A stretch of 64,000 nucleotides of DNA from Chlorokybus atmophyticus (GCA_009103225.1 RHPI01003369.1:1099490-1163489); one strand, 5' to 3'. Positions 26,301 through 40,310 are shown, numbered from the stretch's first letter. Numbers and translations are program-made. Notes: generated by a model not told the origin, from the letters alone.

Positions 26301-28258
26301 CACCCCATGGTTTTCTTCAACTATAATTTGTACTAGAAATACAACCGTAAAGTTTGCGCATTGTCTTCACAATGCATAAAGCCTTATATATTGTTGACAT
26401 TCATTCACATGCATAAACGAGCACATTGATTTAATGCTCTATATCTGATAGCTTATATATCGACCAAATGTATTGCCGTTTTAACATAGTATTGAGCAAC
26501 GCTTTCCCACTTGCTTCGGCAGCCGGATCTGATATCAAATCATGGCATACACGCCGTAAACTTGCAACTTTTGCCTGGACCAAACTAAAGCGCTCATTGC
26601 TTGTATCTTACATTAATAACACAATTTGGCATATGTTAAGCGACGGTTTCCCACTTATTCAATGAGCCGGCTCCAATAACCAATCGTGATATGTGCCAAC
26701 CTGCAATCTTAGCATGGATAAATCCCAAACGGTCATTGCCTTCAACTTACTCACCGATAAAAGCTTAAAACATGTCAGGCATGTTTCAAGCTTCTACCGG
26801 TATGATTGCGACGCCTCCTTAACATTATTAATGAAGCCTTCACCAGCAGCGGCGTTGCACGTGATTGAATGGAATGCGAACTTAAAGCGGCTACGTAAGC
26901 ACACATGGCAAGCACACATGGAGTTATCAGCATTATCCATGCTTTGCGACTTGTGTTGGTTGCCTTAAAGGCCAATGTAATTATAAAGAAGGTGATCACA
27001 AGCTTATCAAATTCAAAAAAAGAGGACTTTATAACTTTTTGTGAGATAATTAATCGTTTTAAATGTGCAAATATAATTGGAGTCAATTATGTGGTCCAGA
27101 TAAAAGCATTGTATGCGAAGTAAGAGTGTTATCATAAATCGTTGCCAATACAGCAACTACATTACTATGGTTGTTTCACATGTTTTTTTTCTTCATAATT
27201 TATACATATCTCTCAAGCAAAACTTCATCTGCAGCAAGCGTTCATGCAAATTGACAAATCACGTCAGTTGCATACTACGTATGTCACATTAAAGGTCACA
27301 ATTCAATGGTCCATCCAATGCAACATATATAAGATTTAATACCATTGTTCACTGTTTTATTAATAAAGAACGTTTACTATTTCAACTAATTGTTGTACGA
27401 TGTATATGACATACGTATCGTCAAACAACTTTTTGTGTTACATATATTACATACATAACGCGTTTCAGATATCGAACGATATGTACATTATATGAGACGT
27501 GTTGCACTTGAGCAACAGACATATGGGATACCACGTTGTTTGCATGCGCATTAATCTATACGCATAAAGTTGTGTATACAGACACATGCTGATGTGTCTG
27601 ATGTGATTGTGCATATAGACACGTCTACATGTGTCTGTATATACAACTAAATCTACGTTTATGAATTGCTGCCCACTTACCAACATGCCCTTAACTTGAT
27701 GTTGAATGACATAATGCCTCATAAACCGCTAAATTGCCCATATTACTTGAATTTTTTTTCCCGGCTTGTAATCTCAAGCATTACCATTGTACATTATTAC
27801 TGCAACTTTATGCCTTATGACAAAACAGCTCATCAATTCAAGTGCCCGCTCTCATGTCACAGTGTGTTACTCTGCTGTACGTTATGTAACATTTGTATAC
27901 ATTAATTGGATGTGTAATATTATGTGTACATACTATATATTGTACGTGCCATCTCTGCGGCTCCTGTGCATTATCTCATGCTTTATGGCCCTCTACGCTA
28001 CCGTATGCCATGCATCATACCTGTACAATACATAGTAATGGCATAAGGCACCTGTACAATACACAAATTGTAATACACCAATAGCAAAGTCGACCTTTTT
28101 TCGCGCATGCAGCCGACCTGCCACGTGAGCCTGCCACGCTTGCACATGATCACAAGTACCCGCGCCAAGCAAGCAAGCAACTCGCTTGCAGCAATACACA
28201 CCACCACACCACACCCCAACCCAGTGCTGCTTGCTGGTGTCAGTGTGTCGGTGCCACC

Positions 28259-31200
28259 ATGGTGGCGGCCTCACTCGCGCATTCGCCGCTAGTCGCCGCC
28301 GGCGCCACAAGGCGACAACAGGGCGGCGCTACAGCGGCGAAAGCAGGCGTGTCTAGCAAGCGAGTGGCCTGCATGCCAAAGGTGAGTAAGGATGGGTGGT
28401 TGTGTGTCTGCCTCAAGCGTGCAGCGCAGGTGCAAAAGGGGGCAGTGCGAAACACATGTCTGATCTGAAACTGTGGTGTGTGAACTACTGCACACACGAG
28501 AGTATCTTCATGCATACATGAGTGGTATGCATGCCGCTCGTGCATGCATGCATGCATGCATACCTCATGAACCTGTGGTATACATGTCTGCATGGAAGCG
28601 ACATGTTGACATGCTCGTGACACTTAACCAGAATGTAAATATTTAGCGGAAAAAGTTGCAGAGAGACTGATACCCAACATGTTATTCTTCTGGTCTCCCA
28701 GTACAGCAACACCTCGTTCTTCACCTCGTTACCTCTGCCAGCACCCCTCCTCCCTCCCAAACACTTCTCTCCCTGTCACCCAAAGCCCATCACCACATCA
28801 ATGTCCTCTCCCTCTTCCTCCTCCACCACCACCACCACCCACAACAACCACAACAACAACCACAACCACAACCACAACAAGAGGGGTTTCACCCTTCGCG
28901 GTGCGGCCAACTCGGCGATCAACTGGATTGCATGGCCAGCAACGCTGGCAACAGTTCTGCCCGCGGCACCTATCCTGCTGCTGTACAGGTGAGTGGGTGG
29001 GTGGTTGTTGTTGTAATGTGTGTGTGTGTGTGCGCGCGTGTGGGTGTGGGTGTGGGTGTGGGTGTGGGTGTGGGTGTGGGTGTGGGTGTTTATGTTTGTT
29101 TATGGGTTGGGAAGGAGAGATAGATTGGTTGTGTGCAGGTGGCTGAAGCATCGGAAGCCAGTGATTGACCCGCGTGGTAAAGTTGTGCTCGTCACGGGGG
29201 CATCCTCTGGCATTGGCAAGGTGCGTGCGTGTGGGCATAAGCGCGTGCTCGCGGCGTGCATGCCCCTGCACACATGTACATGTACGTGGCTTTGCGTGTG
29301 TACAGACATGTGTGCGTACGCTCACCATCATGCAGGCGTGGCTTTGCGTGTGTACAGCCAAGTGTGCAGGCGCACACTTGCGTGCACGCACATGCGCATG
29401 CATGCACTTGTGTGTGCTCACATGCGCATGCGCTCGCACTCGCGCCCATGTGCGCGTGCGCATGTGCGCGTGAGCGAGCACATGGAGACACATGCACACG
29501 GACACCCAAGTCATATGCGCGCGCACGCACATGCTGGGATGTAAGTCAACTGACTGAACTGTCCATGTCATGCTGTGGGGGTCGCACTCAACATTGGTCT
29601 CCAGGAGGTTGCCAAGGAGTTTGCCAGGAGAGGCGCTAAGCTCTTCTTATGTGCTCGACGGGAACACATCCTTGAGGTGTGAAGTTGTTTCTGAGATCAT
29701 TGATGCATGCAGGTGCACAGGTGATGACGCATTGTATTGGTCTGAACACAACAGGACTTGGTACAAGAAGTGAAAGATCTGGGGTCACCTGAAGCTGCGT
29801 TGAGGCGCACGGACTTGAAACGCGAGGCTGAATGCAAGTAAGTAAGCGACGCTGCGAGTACACAGTAAGATGGTGTGTAACACACGTTCGTCATGTGTGT
29901 GACGCATATGTTGTGAGCGTGTCGAATATTGCAGTTGACTCATGCGCTCCAACACAGGGCCATGGTGGAGGAGTGTGTGCAATTATTTGGCGGCCTCGAC
30001 ATTTTGGTGGTGAACGCTGGCGTGGCCAACATGTACTTCTTTGAGGAGGCCGAATCCACTAGCGGCTTCAGGTGAGAAGAGTTGACACAAAGATCATGCT
30101 GTGTGGGTATGTGCCGACACGTGCGTGCATGCGCCCGCGCGCGTTCAAGCGTGTGTGCGTATGGCACACAAGCATACGTGTGTTTGCGCATTGGAGCGGT
30201 TGGAGTACAATGACTAATGGCACATGATGGTCACTTTGCGCACGCAGGGACCCTTTCGATGTCGGATTGTGGGGTTCCGTGTACCCGACGTACTACGCAT
30301 TGGATGCGTTGAAGAGCGCGAGGGGGCAGATACTCGTCACCGCATCAGTGGGCAGCTTGACACCCTATCCCAGGTGTGAGTAGTAGTCACCACATGTCTT
30401 GCTTGTTGTTCAGACAGTCTCACACTCACACACTCAGGTTGTCTCTCTACAACGGGGCAAAGGCTGCGGTGTTCAACTTCTTCGACACGCTGAGGGTCGA
30501 GTTGAGAGATAGTGTTGGCGTCACGCTCGCGTGCCCCAAGTATGTGGATGTGTGCGATGAAGTGAGTGTTGATGAAGTTTGAGACATTGAGAGCCAATCT
30601 TCTCTCTGTTCGTGTGCGTGTGTCACAGCTTTGTCAGGTCTGGCATGTCTGAGGGTACGAGCCTAATCGACGCTGAGGGCCGCCAGACTCTCTCCCCTGA
30701 ACGAATGACAGTATGTTCGTATCGTAATTCAACAATAATAACAACAGCAGCAACAACAACAACAACAACAACAACAATAACAACAACTCACTGCTCACTT
30801 CAGGAGCAACGGTTGGGAGGGTTGCTACCGTTATCCAACCCAGCGGACATGGCGCTCGCGATGGTGGACGCAGCCCTCGCACGCAAACGCCTGTTGGTGT
30901 TCCCAGTAAGTGTGACTATGATTTCCAAACCGCATGAGTCCATTCTTGACTCAAGCTGCACGAGCACGTCATAGATACATGCGTGGGTGCGTGTGCAAAC
31001 ACATGTTGTAGAGGTACACGTGCGCTCAATCACACGTGCATGCATATGCACGTGTGATTGAGCGCACGTTTACCACTACTACACGCACGCACATGCAGAC
31101 ACATTGATGCACGCACACATGCACATGCGCAGGCGCAGGCGTAGGCAAGCACACATAGACACACACAGTGCGTGCGTGGGTCTGTCTGTGTGCGCGCGAC

Positions 31201-31456
31201 ACATGCACGCACGCGCAGGCACGCATGCAGTGTCACCGAACAACACCCCCACCCTCCGAGAAAGCAAAGTCACACAAGCCACGCATGACTTACTCACTCA
31301 CTCACTCACTCACCTTCCCAGTCCTGGAGCGCCACTTTCCTCCTCCTCCGTCTGTTCGCCCCCGAGCTTCAGGACCTGATCCTGCGGACGCTGTACGTGC
31401 CGCGGGGGGAGAGGCGGTCCAGCACGCCCGTGCACAAGGGGCCAAAGAGCCAGTAG
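28259..31456 (+). CDS. Short-chain dehydrogenase/reductase, 11-beta-HSD/steroleosin-like (multi-exon)
   Basis: GKVVLVTGASSGIG, LFLCARR, GGLDILVVNAG, LWGSVYPTYYAL, VTASVGS, YNGAK (YxxxK), FFDTLRVEL. Stop TAG at 31454-31456. The start is 28801, or 28259 if the upstream exon is spliced in. Confidence 0.9.
29041..29088 (+). repeat. (TGGGTG)8 intronic microsatellite
   Basis: Eight GGG tracts separated by TGT. Confidence 0.9.
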
Positions 31457-32064
31457 CAGGAGGCGTGGTTGCATCCGATATATATATTGTTGTGTGAGTG
31501 CTTGGTCGGTGTATATACATCATTGCTGAGGAGTATGTTGACCAAAGATACAGCGCAGATAGTGTGCTGTTTGATTCGACTGGAAGGGTACTCACACCTT
31601 GATGATGTCATGTTTGGGTCTTGTAAAATACAGCTGTTTACAAATGATATGTACAGTTGAAACTGTGTTTCACAGACTGTTGATACTGAGTGTCTACCTG
31701 CAGGTTAAGGTTAACATAGGTTAACATAGAGGCGCCTAGAGCATAAGCAGACGCAGCACGCACCAGCAGGTCATTACAAACAATAATCAGGCACACAGGC
31801 ACGCAAACTTTGCACATTGCACATTGTCCACCTTTATATAAGTGCACATGCGTGTGACTGCTGCAGACATGATACATGCCCCACAGATGGAGATAATACT
31901 CATAATACTCATGCATGCGAAGATGCTGGCAAACTTTGATGTGGCCCTTGGCGGTGTGCTTGTGCTTGTGTTTGTGTATCAAACTCCGTTCATGTGCCTT
32001 GAGGGATGTGTTTGCTATACTACACCCTATGTGCGTGTTGATTCATTGCTACTTGCTGCTGCTA

Positions 32065-32527
32065 CAGTCTACCCCCGTTATAGGAATCATGTTTATCGTT
32101 GATTTGTCCATTCCACTAGCGGGATTATTATTCTCTTGGCGCTTATAAGAAGATATATTATTGTATAGTTCAAAGAATATGCATTCTTATAATGGGGGTA
32201 TTTATTGATAACTCAAAGCCACGTTATTATATGTGAATGTGGCAAACATGAAGTTTATATTTTGTTATAATATGCATGATCATCCTTACATTCTATTCGT
32301 CAATGCATCTTTGTTTTAACATTAATGGAGTAATCATGCTGGTAACAAGGCATTCCCCCGTTACAAGACTAAACCCACTTAGAATGACAAGCCTCCTCTT
32401 TAATCTTATTACGTAAACTATTCCACTAACCGAAGATATTTGCTTGTAAAACGATCGGTATTTTACAAACCGATTATCTTGATGGGGTTATTTTCTTAAA
32501 CCGAAGTCTTTTACCGGGGGTAGACTG
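32065..32527. mobile_element. Non-autonomous Tc1/mariner (pogo/Tigger-like) MITE, 463 bp
   Basis: TA|CAGTCTACCCCCGTTA ... TTTTACCGGGGTAGACTG|TA: 11-bp perfect TIR core, TA target duplication, AT-rich non-coding interior. Confidence 0.85.
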
Positions 32528-33200
32528 TACACTGCTCTGCTTTGCCACAGTCCATACCTATGTGCGCCGACAACGTAGTAATGATACTAACGACATGCGA
32601 CTTCCCTGGAATGGCGGTATGACTATATATATGTACCAAGTAAACTTAACTGGTACTTCTACACCTGAGGACATATTCCGTGGACCTTGCGTAATCATGG
32701 TCAACCTACACGCGATGCCATGCACATGTGATGCAGCTGAAAGCGCACACAACACATTGGCACAGCAGACCACAAGTTGCCGACATCAAGTCTGCACAAG
32801 CATCATCATCAATAGCAGCAACCAACTGCCAATGTCAGGTTGCTTGCAGCTAAATTCTTAGGCAGGCCACCTAATGACTCCCGTTTTTCTCAACAGCAAG
32901 AGGAGATGTAACTGCCCACTTTTTGCTGTGTGCTGCTCAGTCCAACCAAGAAGCCATATAAGAAGAAACTATGTCCACAGCAGGTGGCATAGGCAACGAC
33001 CATCATGCTGGTCTACCATACCGTATAAGCCGCGTCACAACCAAGTTGAGCAGTTGCCAACAACATGTATGCTGACAGCGCCAAGTTGTAGGAGCCAATC
33101 GTAATAGCTTTGAACCTCTTGGTATGAAGCACCAGATGTTGGTGTGGATACAGGCAGGCGCTGCATGACACTCCCATACACCAATGTACATATAGCACAT

Positions 33201-34901
33201 TTAGCTCAGCGTGTCAATGAGGGAAGCCCGCATCTCGTTCGCGATGGCAGACGGCTGCGCCTCGCGCAGCTTAAAGATGCTCTCAATGACCGACAGCTCG
33301 GTCGACGTGGTGTCCAGGCCAGTGAACGCGCACCAGTCGTTGGCCACAATGCCTGCGCCGATCACGTCGCTGCCCCTGTTGACGGTGCCGGCAACAAGTG
33401 GCACCTGCATAAGCTCACAGCAGTCAGCAGCTGGTAAACTGTACATTGAATTTTCATCAATACACTAAGCTGCGACTGCGACAATGGTCATGCAAAAGCT
33501 ATCTTATCGCTGACCTGTAGGAGTGAGGACAGCTCGTCAAGGTCCTCAATAGATGTCTGCGGATGTACCTGAAGAGGGAAAGGTGACAATGAGCAAGAGA
33601 GGCCAGCTTGTGTTCTATTTGCTGAAACAGCCTTCACAAAATGAACAGGCAAAAGGGCATCCTTACCAAGCCTCCCTGATTGGTGAAGCAGCAATAGCTG
33701 CCAACCAGGACATTCCCAGCAATGGTTTGGCGGAACACCTCCACACCAAGCACATCTGCAATGATCTCTTCTGTTTCCTGGCATGACAACAACATCAACA
33801 CATGATGCCTTACTGACATAGACTTGGTTGCACTACTGTGCCGCTCAGTGAATACAAACTGAAAGCTCAAAGACGTCAGGCAAATGCCTGAGGCTCACTA
33901 ATGACAGTGACATCCTTGCGGCAGTGTGGATCAAGGTACTATCAGTGGTCTGTGTGCAGCGGTAAATGCTATGCTTTGCATACTCACCCTATCAAGATCT
34001 GTGTGCACCAGCGCCACATAGTCGTTGCAAGCTATACAGTTGCCCAGCGCTGACAATCGCTCATCCACTCGCTGCACAACCACTTCGTCTGGCAGCGCAT
34101 TCCGTACATGCTGCAACTCTGCACGGAGTCAAATCGCAGCAAGTGACTTGCGCACAAATCAGCAAGTGAACACTACTGCAAACAGCCCGCGCACGCACTC
34201 ACCTTGGTCTGATGTGGAGTTCGGCATGAGAAGTCCATTCTTGTTCCCTACGAAAAGGTAAATTAGGTTCGTAAAACCTTCACACACAAGTGCATGCAAC
34301 AAGCCAAATGCGTGCTGCTACTCACCCACAGTCATGCGGCCGATAAGCCTTGTTCCAGCCACGGATGCTTTGACAACAGGGATGGCATCTGCAAGCTCTG
34401 CCTCAAACGTGCTGCGGGCAACACCATTACAACATATGACCATGGCATGCACAGCACCCTGAATGATACTACAACTGCAGAAGACAATGTAGACATACTG
34501 ACCTGTAAAAGTTTTCAGAACCACCAAGCGCGACTAGACAGTAGGCGTTTGTGAGCTTGCCAAACACTCCGATGTCGCTACTGTTCTCAAATTGTGCGCC
34601 TGTCAGACAACATAAGTTGTAAGCAGTGGAGATCAAGAGCAAAGCAGGGGCAGCCGCCTGCAGTGGAATTGCTTGACAAGCAACCATAAAAACAAGGAGG
34701 CATACTGCACAGCGCAGTACATGCCAAGTAGGCGAGTTTGCAATTTTACAGCAGAAGCGGAAAGTTAGAAACGCACGCTTTTGCTATCTGTGTGCATAGG
34801 CTAAGAGCATGAAACAAGCTGCCTGTCACCTGAAATGCAATTCCCCAGCAAGCACGGCAACACAACCAACCAACAACCTTCCAAGACTTACGAGTTGCCA
34901 T
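33201..34901 (-). CDS. EIF6: Eukaryotic translation initiation factor 6
   Basis: Spliced product [99 protein letters not shown]; plant-like sequence. Confidence 0.97.
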
Positions 34902-35572
34902 GGCCGCCGACCAGCGCCCCGAAGTCCGCTCTACCAGCAAGCAGGCAAGCAACCCTGTGTGCAACCGCCTGAGCACCAGCAGCTCCGCCCAGCTCACCGC
35001 AAACCCTGGCGCTGCAATATAACCTGGGCTAAGACTGAGAATCTCACGCCTCACCTCCTCGCCGCGTAACCAAACTTAAGGCAGCACACGTGGACGGCCA
35101 CGCAAGACAACAACACGGCGGCGGCGACGGCGGCGGCGGCGATGACGTGGGATGACGTGGGAGATGAGATCACTGGATCACAATGGCTGATTCACCGCGT
35201 ATGAATCAACCAAACTGCTACCGGTAGTCTGCATCAGTTCAGTTCAGCAGTTGTGAACAAGTGGGTCGAACACTTGTATGCCGCTGCCACAGCTGAGACA
35301 TGCAGCCTGGATATTTGGCTGGTGCGCCTTAAGCCCTGGGCGCGACGTACATTAACGCAACGAGGCCGCTACGCTACTGTAGCGAAAGCGACGCACGGCA
35401 AATTGCAAGCGATCCTTCACAGAGACAAACGAAAGACAAATATCATATGCCACCGCAAAATGGTCGATGCAAGCCAAAAAACGTTTTCATAGGGCGGATG
35501 CACTGCAACGGTTGTTGGTCAACCTGGTCTACTTCTCAGTTAGTTGCTTAGCAAGTGCCTCTTACTAAGGGG

Positions 35573-35672
35573 TTAGGGTTTGTGTAGGTCTCGTAACTTA
35601 TGACTCACTAAATTGTGAGTCAGCCGCAACTACCGGCAACCTTAACTGTGACCAGGTCCGCAGAAACCCTAA
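35573..35672. promoter_or_regulatory. Two telo-boxes (AAACCCTAA) in opposite orientation in the eIF6/TMEM214 divergent intergenic region
   Basis: TTAGGGTTT at 35573-35581 and AAACCCTAA at 35664-35672. Confidence 0.6.
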
Positions 35673-35796
35673 ATTAGCTTTGGTTGTTGCTCGGTTAGGC
35701 GGTAACGTGGCTATCTGGGACTTTGGAGAGATCTGCGGCGGCGGCGGCGGCGGTGGGAGGGGAGTATTACTGAGGGAAGGGGCTGGAGCGGTAGAT

Positions 35797-38700
35797 ATGG
35801 CTGATGGCGCCTGGACCTCCGTGACCAACGTCAAGAAGAACCGGAAGAAGGACGAGCGCAAGACGGGGTCCCCTGCCGCCGGCACCACTCCCCCTACCAA
35901 GGTGCTGCTTGTGTGTGTGCTCATTGTCTGCGTCTTGTCCAAGCCTAGCTACGGCTGATGCCTATTGTGTCATTTTGTCTGCGGAGCTAACATCTGCACG
36001 AGCAACGATAGCACTGCTGATCAGCGGTGGTTTTGCACGCGTGCCTCGGGCCTGCTTAAAGTGACTGATTCAAGATTAGTACTTTGAATGCAGTGTACTC
36101 TTCCAAGCAATCAACGAGTTGCATTGATTCATGTTTGCATGGTTGCTTTGATATTGTCTTGCCTGATCCTCGTCATTCTGCACGCTGCTTGCTGCTCACA
36201 AAAAGGACGTCGTACTTGTCGTGTTGATTGACCGCCTTGTGAGCTTGTTGAGTGAGAATGCCAATCTGTTGTATCGCTATTGTCGCCATGCTGTTCATGG
36301 ATGGCGCAATTTTGTCAAAGCCGCCATGTGTCAGTTGCGCTTTCTTCTGAGGTTGTCATTTGCTGTGGCCTCTGTGTGTGCAGCAATCGGCAACAGGACA
36401 GTATCAGCCCATTGAGTCTATATCAGCATTTGCTGCCTTGGACAAATTTTTGGATTACAACCGAACAGCGCACAGCGCCCAAGTGCACCCCATTGATGCC
36501 GGCAAGGCTCGTGCCAATGGACGCCACACGCGCTTCAGCAATGACAGTGATAGCGATGATCAGCCATCAGTGGCGCCAGAGACCGCTGCGAGTGGCCATG
36601 TCGAGAAAGCTCCGAAGCAGAAGGTGCATATTCTGTTTTCAGCGAAACGCATTGCAGTTCTTGTGTTTGCGTTGATTCTCGTGCCAGCGCCTTGTGTTGT
36701 AAGTAGAGTACGCAACACAATGCATACAGATCTGCGTATAAATAACTCACATAATTTTATTACAGGCACCCAAGAAGCCAAAAGTGACTATTGCACAAGT
36801 AGCAGAAACACTGGATGCAGCACAGCTGTCAGAGTTTTTGACGCAAATCACGGTAAGCAGCTGTGGCAAAGCTGTCAGCAAGCATATTGCAATGAAATCA
36901 ACCCATGTACCCAACTGACTGTCACGCGTTTCTAACTGTCATGGTATGCCTCAGGCGACATATGCAGATCCAGAAGTCCAGCTGCTCAGGTGTGCTGACT
37001 GGTTTGTGCGACCATTTTCAGAAGTAACGCCGTTCCCATTTCAGAAGTTGCTACAGGAGTCATCGATAGCGGAGGCCGCAAAGGTATAGCAACATGCCAA
37101 CAATTGAACTAGCAATGCCTGTCTAAATGCGCAAAGTTAGATAAACGAAAAGTTGCTTATGGCAGATTCCGTTAAATAGCATCCCACAACAAGTCCAGTC
37201 AGTGGCGTCAGCCTGGATCTCTTCTCGCACGGCTGCTGCATTGGACAAGTTTGCGCTTACTTTGGTCACGCAAGTGTTGGAGCGACCTTCCACCCATGCA
37301 CCCAACTCCAAGAGCACGAAGGTAGCCCCCAAAGCCACGCCCGCACCCCAGAAAATCAAGGTGAGCTTGTGGAGTTGGCTCAGACTGTTGCGGTCATGGA
37401 GTCGGTAGTTCATTTGCTGAAGCTTATTTCAATTTGCTGTTGTTGGTGTATCATATCTGAGTATGAATCTGCGCCATGGTAGGTTGGGTTGCTGATTATG
37501 TTGGCGCTAGTGCTGCGTGCCCGACCAGAGGCAGTGCTGCAGCACGCAGACTACCTGCGCCAAAACTACTCTTCTGCAGAAACCCTGCACTCGTTGATCT
37601 GGACCTATTCTCAGGTAGCCCTCCTTTTATGCTGTTTCGTGTTGCGTATGTGGGGTAATGGGACACGTAACCGAATATGCAAAGGTGTGCACATGTGACA
37701 TGAGCAAGTTGTTGGTCGCAACGATGCTGCCACTGGAGCAGGGCTGTCCAAGACAGATCATGACATGGCGTGACTGTGCAGGCTGCACAAGGTGATCTGT
37801 GCACAGGACTGGCGATATGGGTTAAGAATTTGTTGCCGCTGGCTGTCAGCACGAGCGCCAGCGCATCCTCACAAGACTTGGCATTGAGCTTCGCAGAAAG
37901 GTATGCAACTTCCCACGATGTGGTGTAGCATGGATGTTGTATGTACACTGAATTAAGGTAGCATTAGTTTGTTGCTGGCCTAGAGAGACAGCGCATGCGT
38001 GTACGTGTGCGCGTGCGTGCGTGGGAGCTGCAGCTCAGCTGACTGTATGCTTTTTCAGCTTGCTGCTCCAGGACGCGAAGAAAGCCAGGGCTGCAGTCCT
38101 GCGCGGTGTCAGCCGAAAGGGCGGGTACCTGGGCCAGCCATTGATGCCAGTCCCGGCATTCATGACAATAATGCGAGCTGTTGATAGCTCGTCCCTGGAT
38201 GGCAAGCCCCTGCCAGCCGATGTGGTGGCGCGACTGGACAAGCTGTTTCCTTTGTTCAAAGAGGCGGCGTACACCGCTTTCCAGGGCAAGCCCGCAAAGC
38301 CCGTTGCAGCATCGTTGCTTGCAGCGGCACTGTCCACGTCGCCAGCAGGTTGGTGGCCTGTACTAAGCTGCTCGATGCAAATTGTGTCGGACGCCGCACG
38401 CGAGGTATGTGTGCTGACAGCACAACATTGTGCTTTGCAGCGGAGACGAGGGCGCTGCAAGAGGTCTGCGCGGCAGTGCAGTGGTCCCTCACAGCCAATG
38501 CTGATTGCTACACGCAGTGGGAGCGCTCGCACGTCTCGCACCTTCGCACGAGTCGTTTTTGTCTCGAGCACCTGCATCGCAACTGGTCCTCGCTTTCTAC
38601 ACAGCTGTCGCAGACTGAACTCCAGACCATGTTGCGTGGCATGCGCGCACAGGTACCACACTTTGCTGTTGCTGAGTGGTTGGGCTTTTGACTACACTAA

Positions 38701-39106
38701 TATACTATTGCCGCCAGTGTACAAAAGAGGCGTGCTGCAATTGTTGTGCTGGTTTGCTTGTTGCCTCATGATTGCTGGTGTTGTGCTGGTGTGCTGAATG
38801 CATGAGTGCATGGGTGTTGAGTGTTAGGCCTGAAGTAGTATTAGCCACTCATGTGCTATATGCGTACAGCACAAAGCGTTGGCTCAACGCGGCACGGCAC
38901 CCGCCTCGTCAAAGAAAGGCGCCGCCGATGTTGCTCCCTCGGCCACGGAGTTGAAGGCCGCAGAGGCCACCTGCAAGGCACTGGAGGCCAAGATGACACG
39001 CTTCAGCTTCTGCTCCGCCATGGCTGTGGTCACGCTCGTGGTGGCTGCTGGAGTGGCGGCTGTTGCTGTGTTCGCTGATGCGAGCGGTGAGCCCAAGTTG
39101 CAGTAG
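35797..39106 (+). CDS. TMEM214: TMEM214 (DUF2359) family membrane protein
   Basis: VAETLDAAQLSEFLTQIT, PEVQLLRCADWF, LALVLRARPEAV, AAQGDLCTGLAIWVKNLLP, SQDLALSFAE, RLDKLFPLFKE and a C-terminal TM helix; resembles plant DUF2359 proteins as recalled. Confidence 0.8.
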
Positions 39107-40310
39107 GCAAGGGGGACAGCAATCGCATGATGTGGTGGGTCTGGCTGTGTGTATGTGCGTATGTTGGGGCAATCTTTGCCGGCATTGCATGAGGGTGCGT
39201 GCAACGGTTGTTGGTGTTGGCCAGCACCGCGGGACATAACAAATATTTTAGTACGAGTGGCTGCCAAATGCAGTGTAGGCAGGCTGCATGTCCGCAGCGT
39301 GTACTATGTCACCTGTCAATATAGGAGGGCCAAGCCCCCATTGACGTGTATGCGGTGTCTTTCCATTGGGATGAAGACAGGACATTGGAAACAAGTTGAG
39401 CACTGCACATGTCACAACTTCAGTGCAGGTACATGAGCGCAGCGCGTATGAGATGCTGGGTGTCACGCGCAACTGCATCATTCTACACATAAGACAACCT
39501 ATTTATGTGTGCATGCAATGTTATTGTAGCACATGTGCACACTGCCATCGTCCAGATGATGGAAGCACATGTGCACGCAACCACCATATGCGACAGTACC
39601 TGCATGTGTCGCCACTGATTGTGTGTGTTGCTGCCACATGTAGTGTTGTGATAAGTAGCACAGTGTGAACGCATCAATGGAGTTGACTGCGCACAGGTAA
39701 TTGAGCTGACCATGCATTACTGACGAGGCAGGCCGGTAATGTGCTAGCGATAGATAGCCGTAGCCTGGTGGTGGCGATATGATATCAAATATATGCAGCA
39801 GCTGGCTGCAGGTGCTGTCTGCTTGACCCCAAGCATACAGCATGTGTGCTTCACACCACGCATATGCAAACACCATGCATGCTATATCTAGCTTACCACC
39901 TTTTGTACACTGACAGGGGCGGTGCGTATTGTCATACGTGTAGCTGGCAGCGGCAGACATGCTGTGCAATGCGTGAGTGCATAGCCCGTTGATTGCATAT
40001 GTCTGCAAATGCTGCTGGTAGCAAAGTAGGACTGCCATGCACGCAATGTGCCGCAATGGTTGCACGAACGTAACGCCCATTGCGTCTTTAGTACCCACAA
40101 TGCTAACAAGGAGTCGGCCAAACTGTCTGTTGTCGTGATCTTTGTGTGGAGTCCCCATGTTAGTGTCTGCAAGGGTTTTAAAACACGCTGCCACCAGCGC
40201 TTGTCACCACAACCTTGAGGCCAAGCAGCTGCCTAACTTGCGGGTCAAGACCTGCGTGGTTCGCAACCACAACCACAGCGACTTCTCACCTTGCGTGCCC
40301 CAGTTCATTA

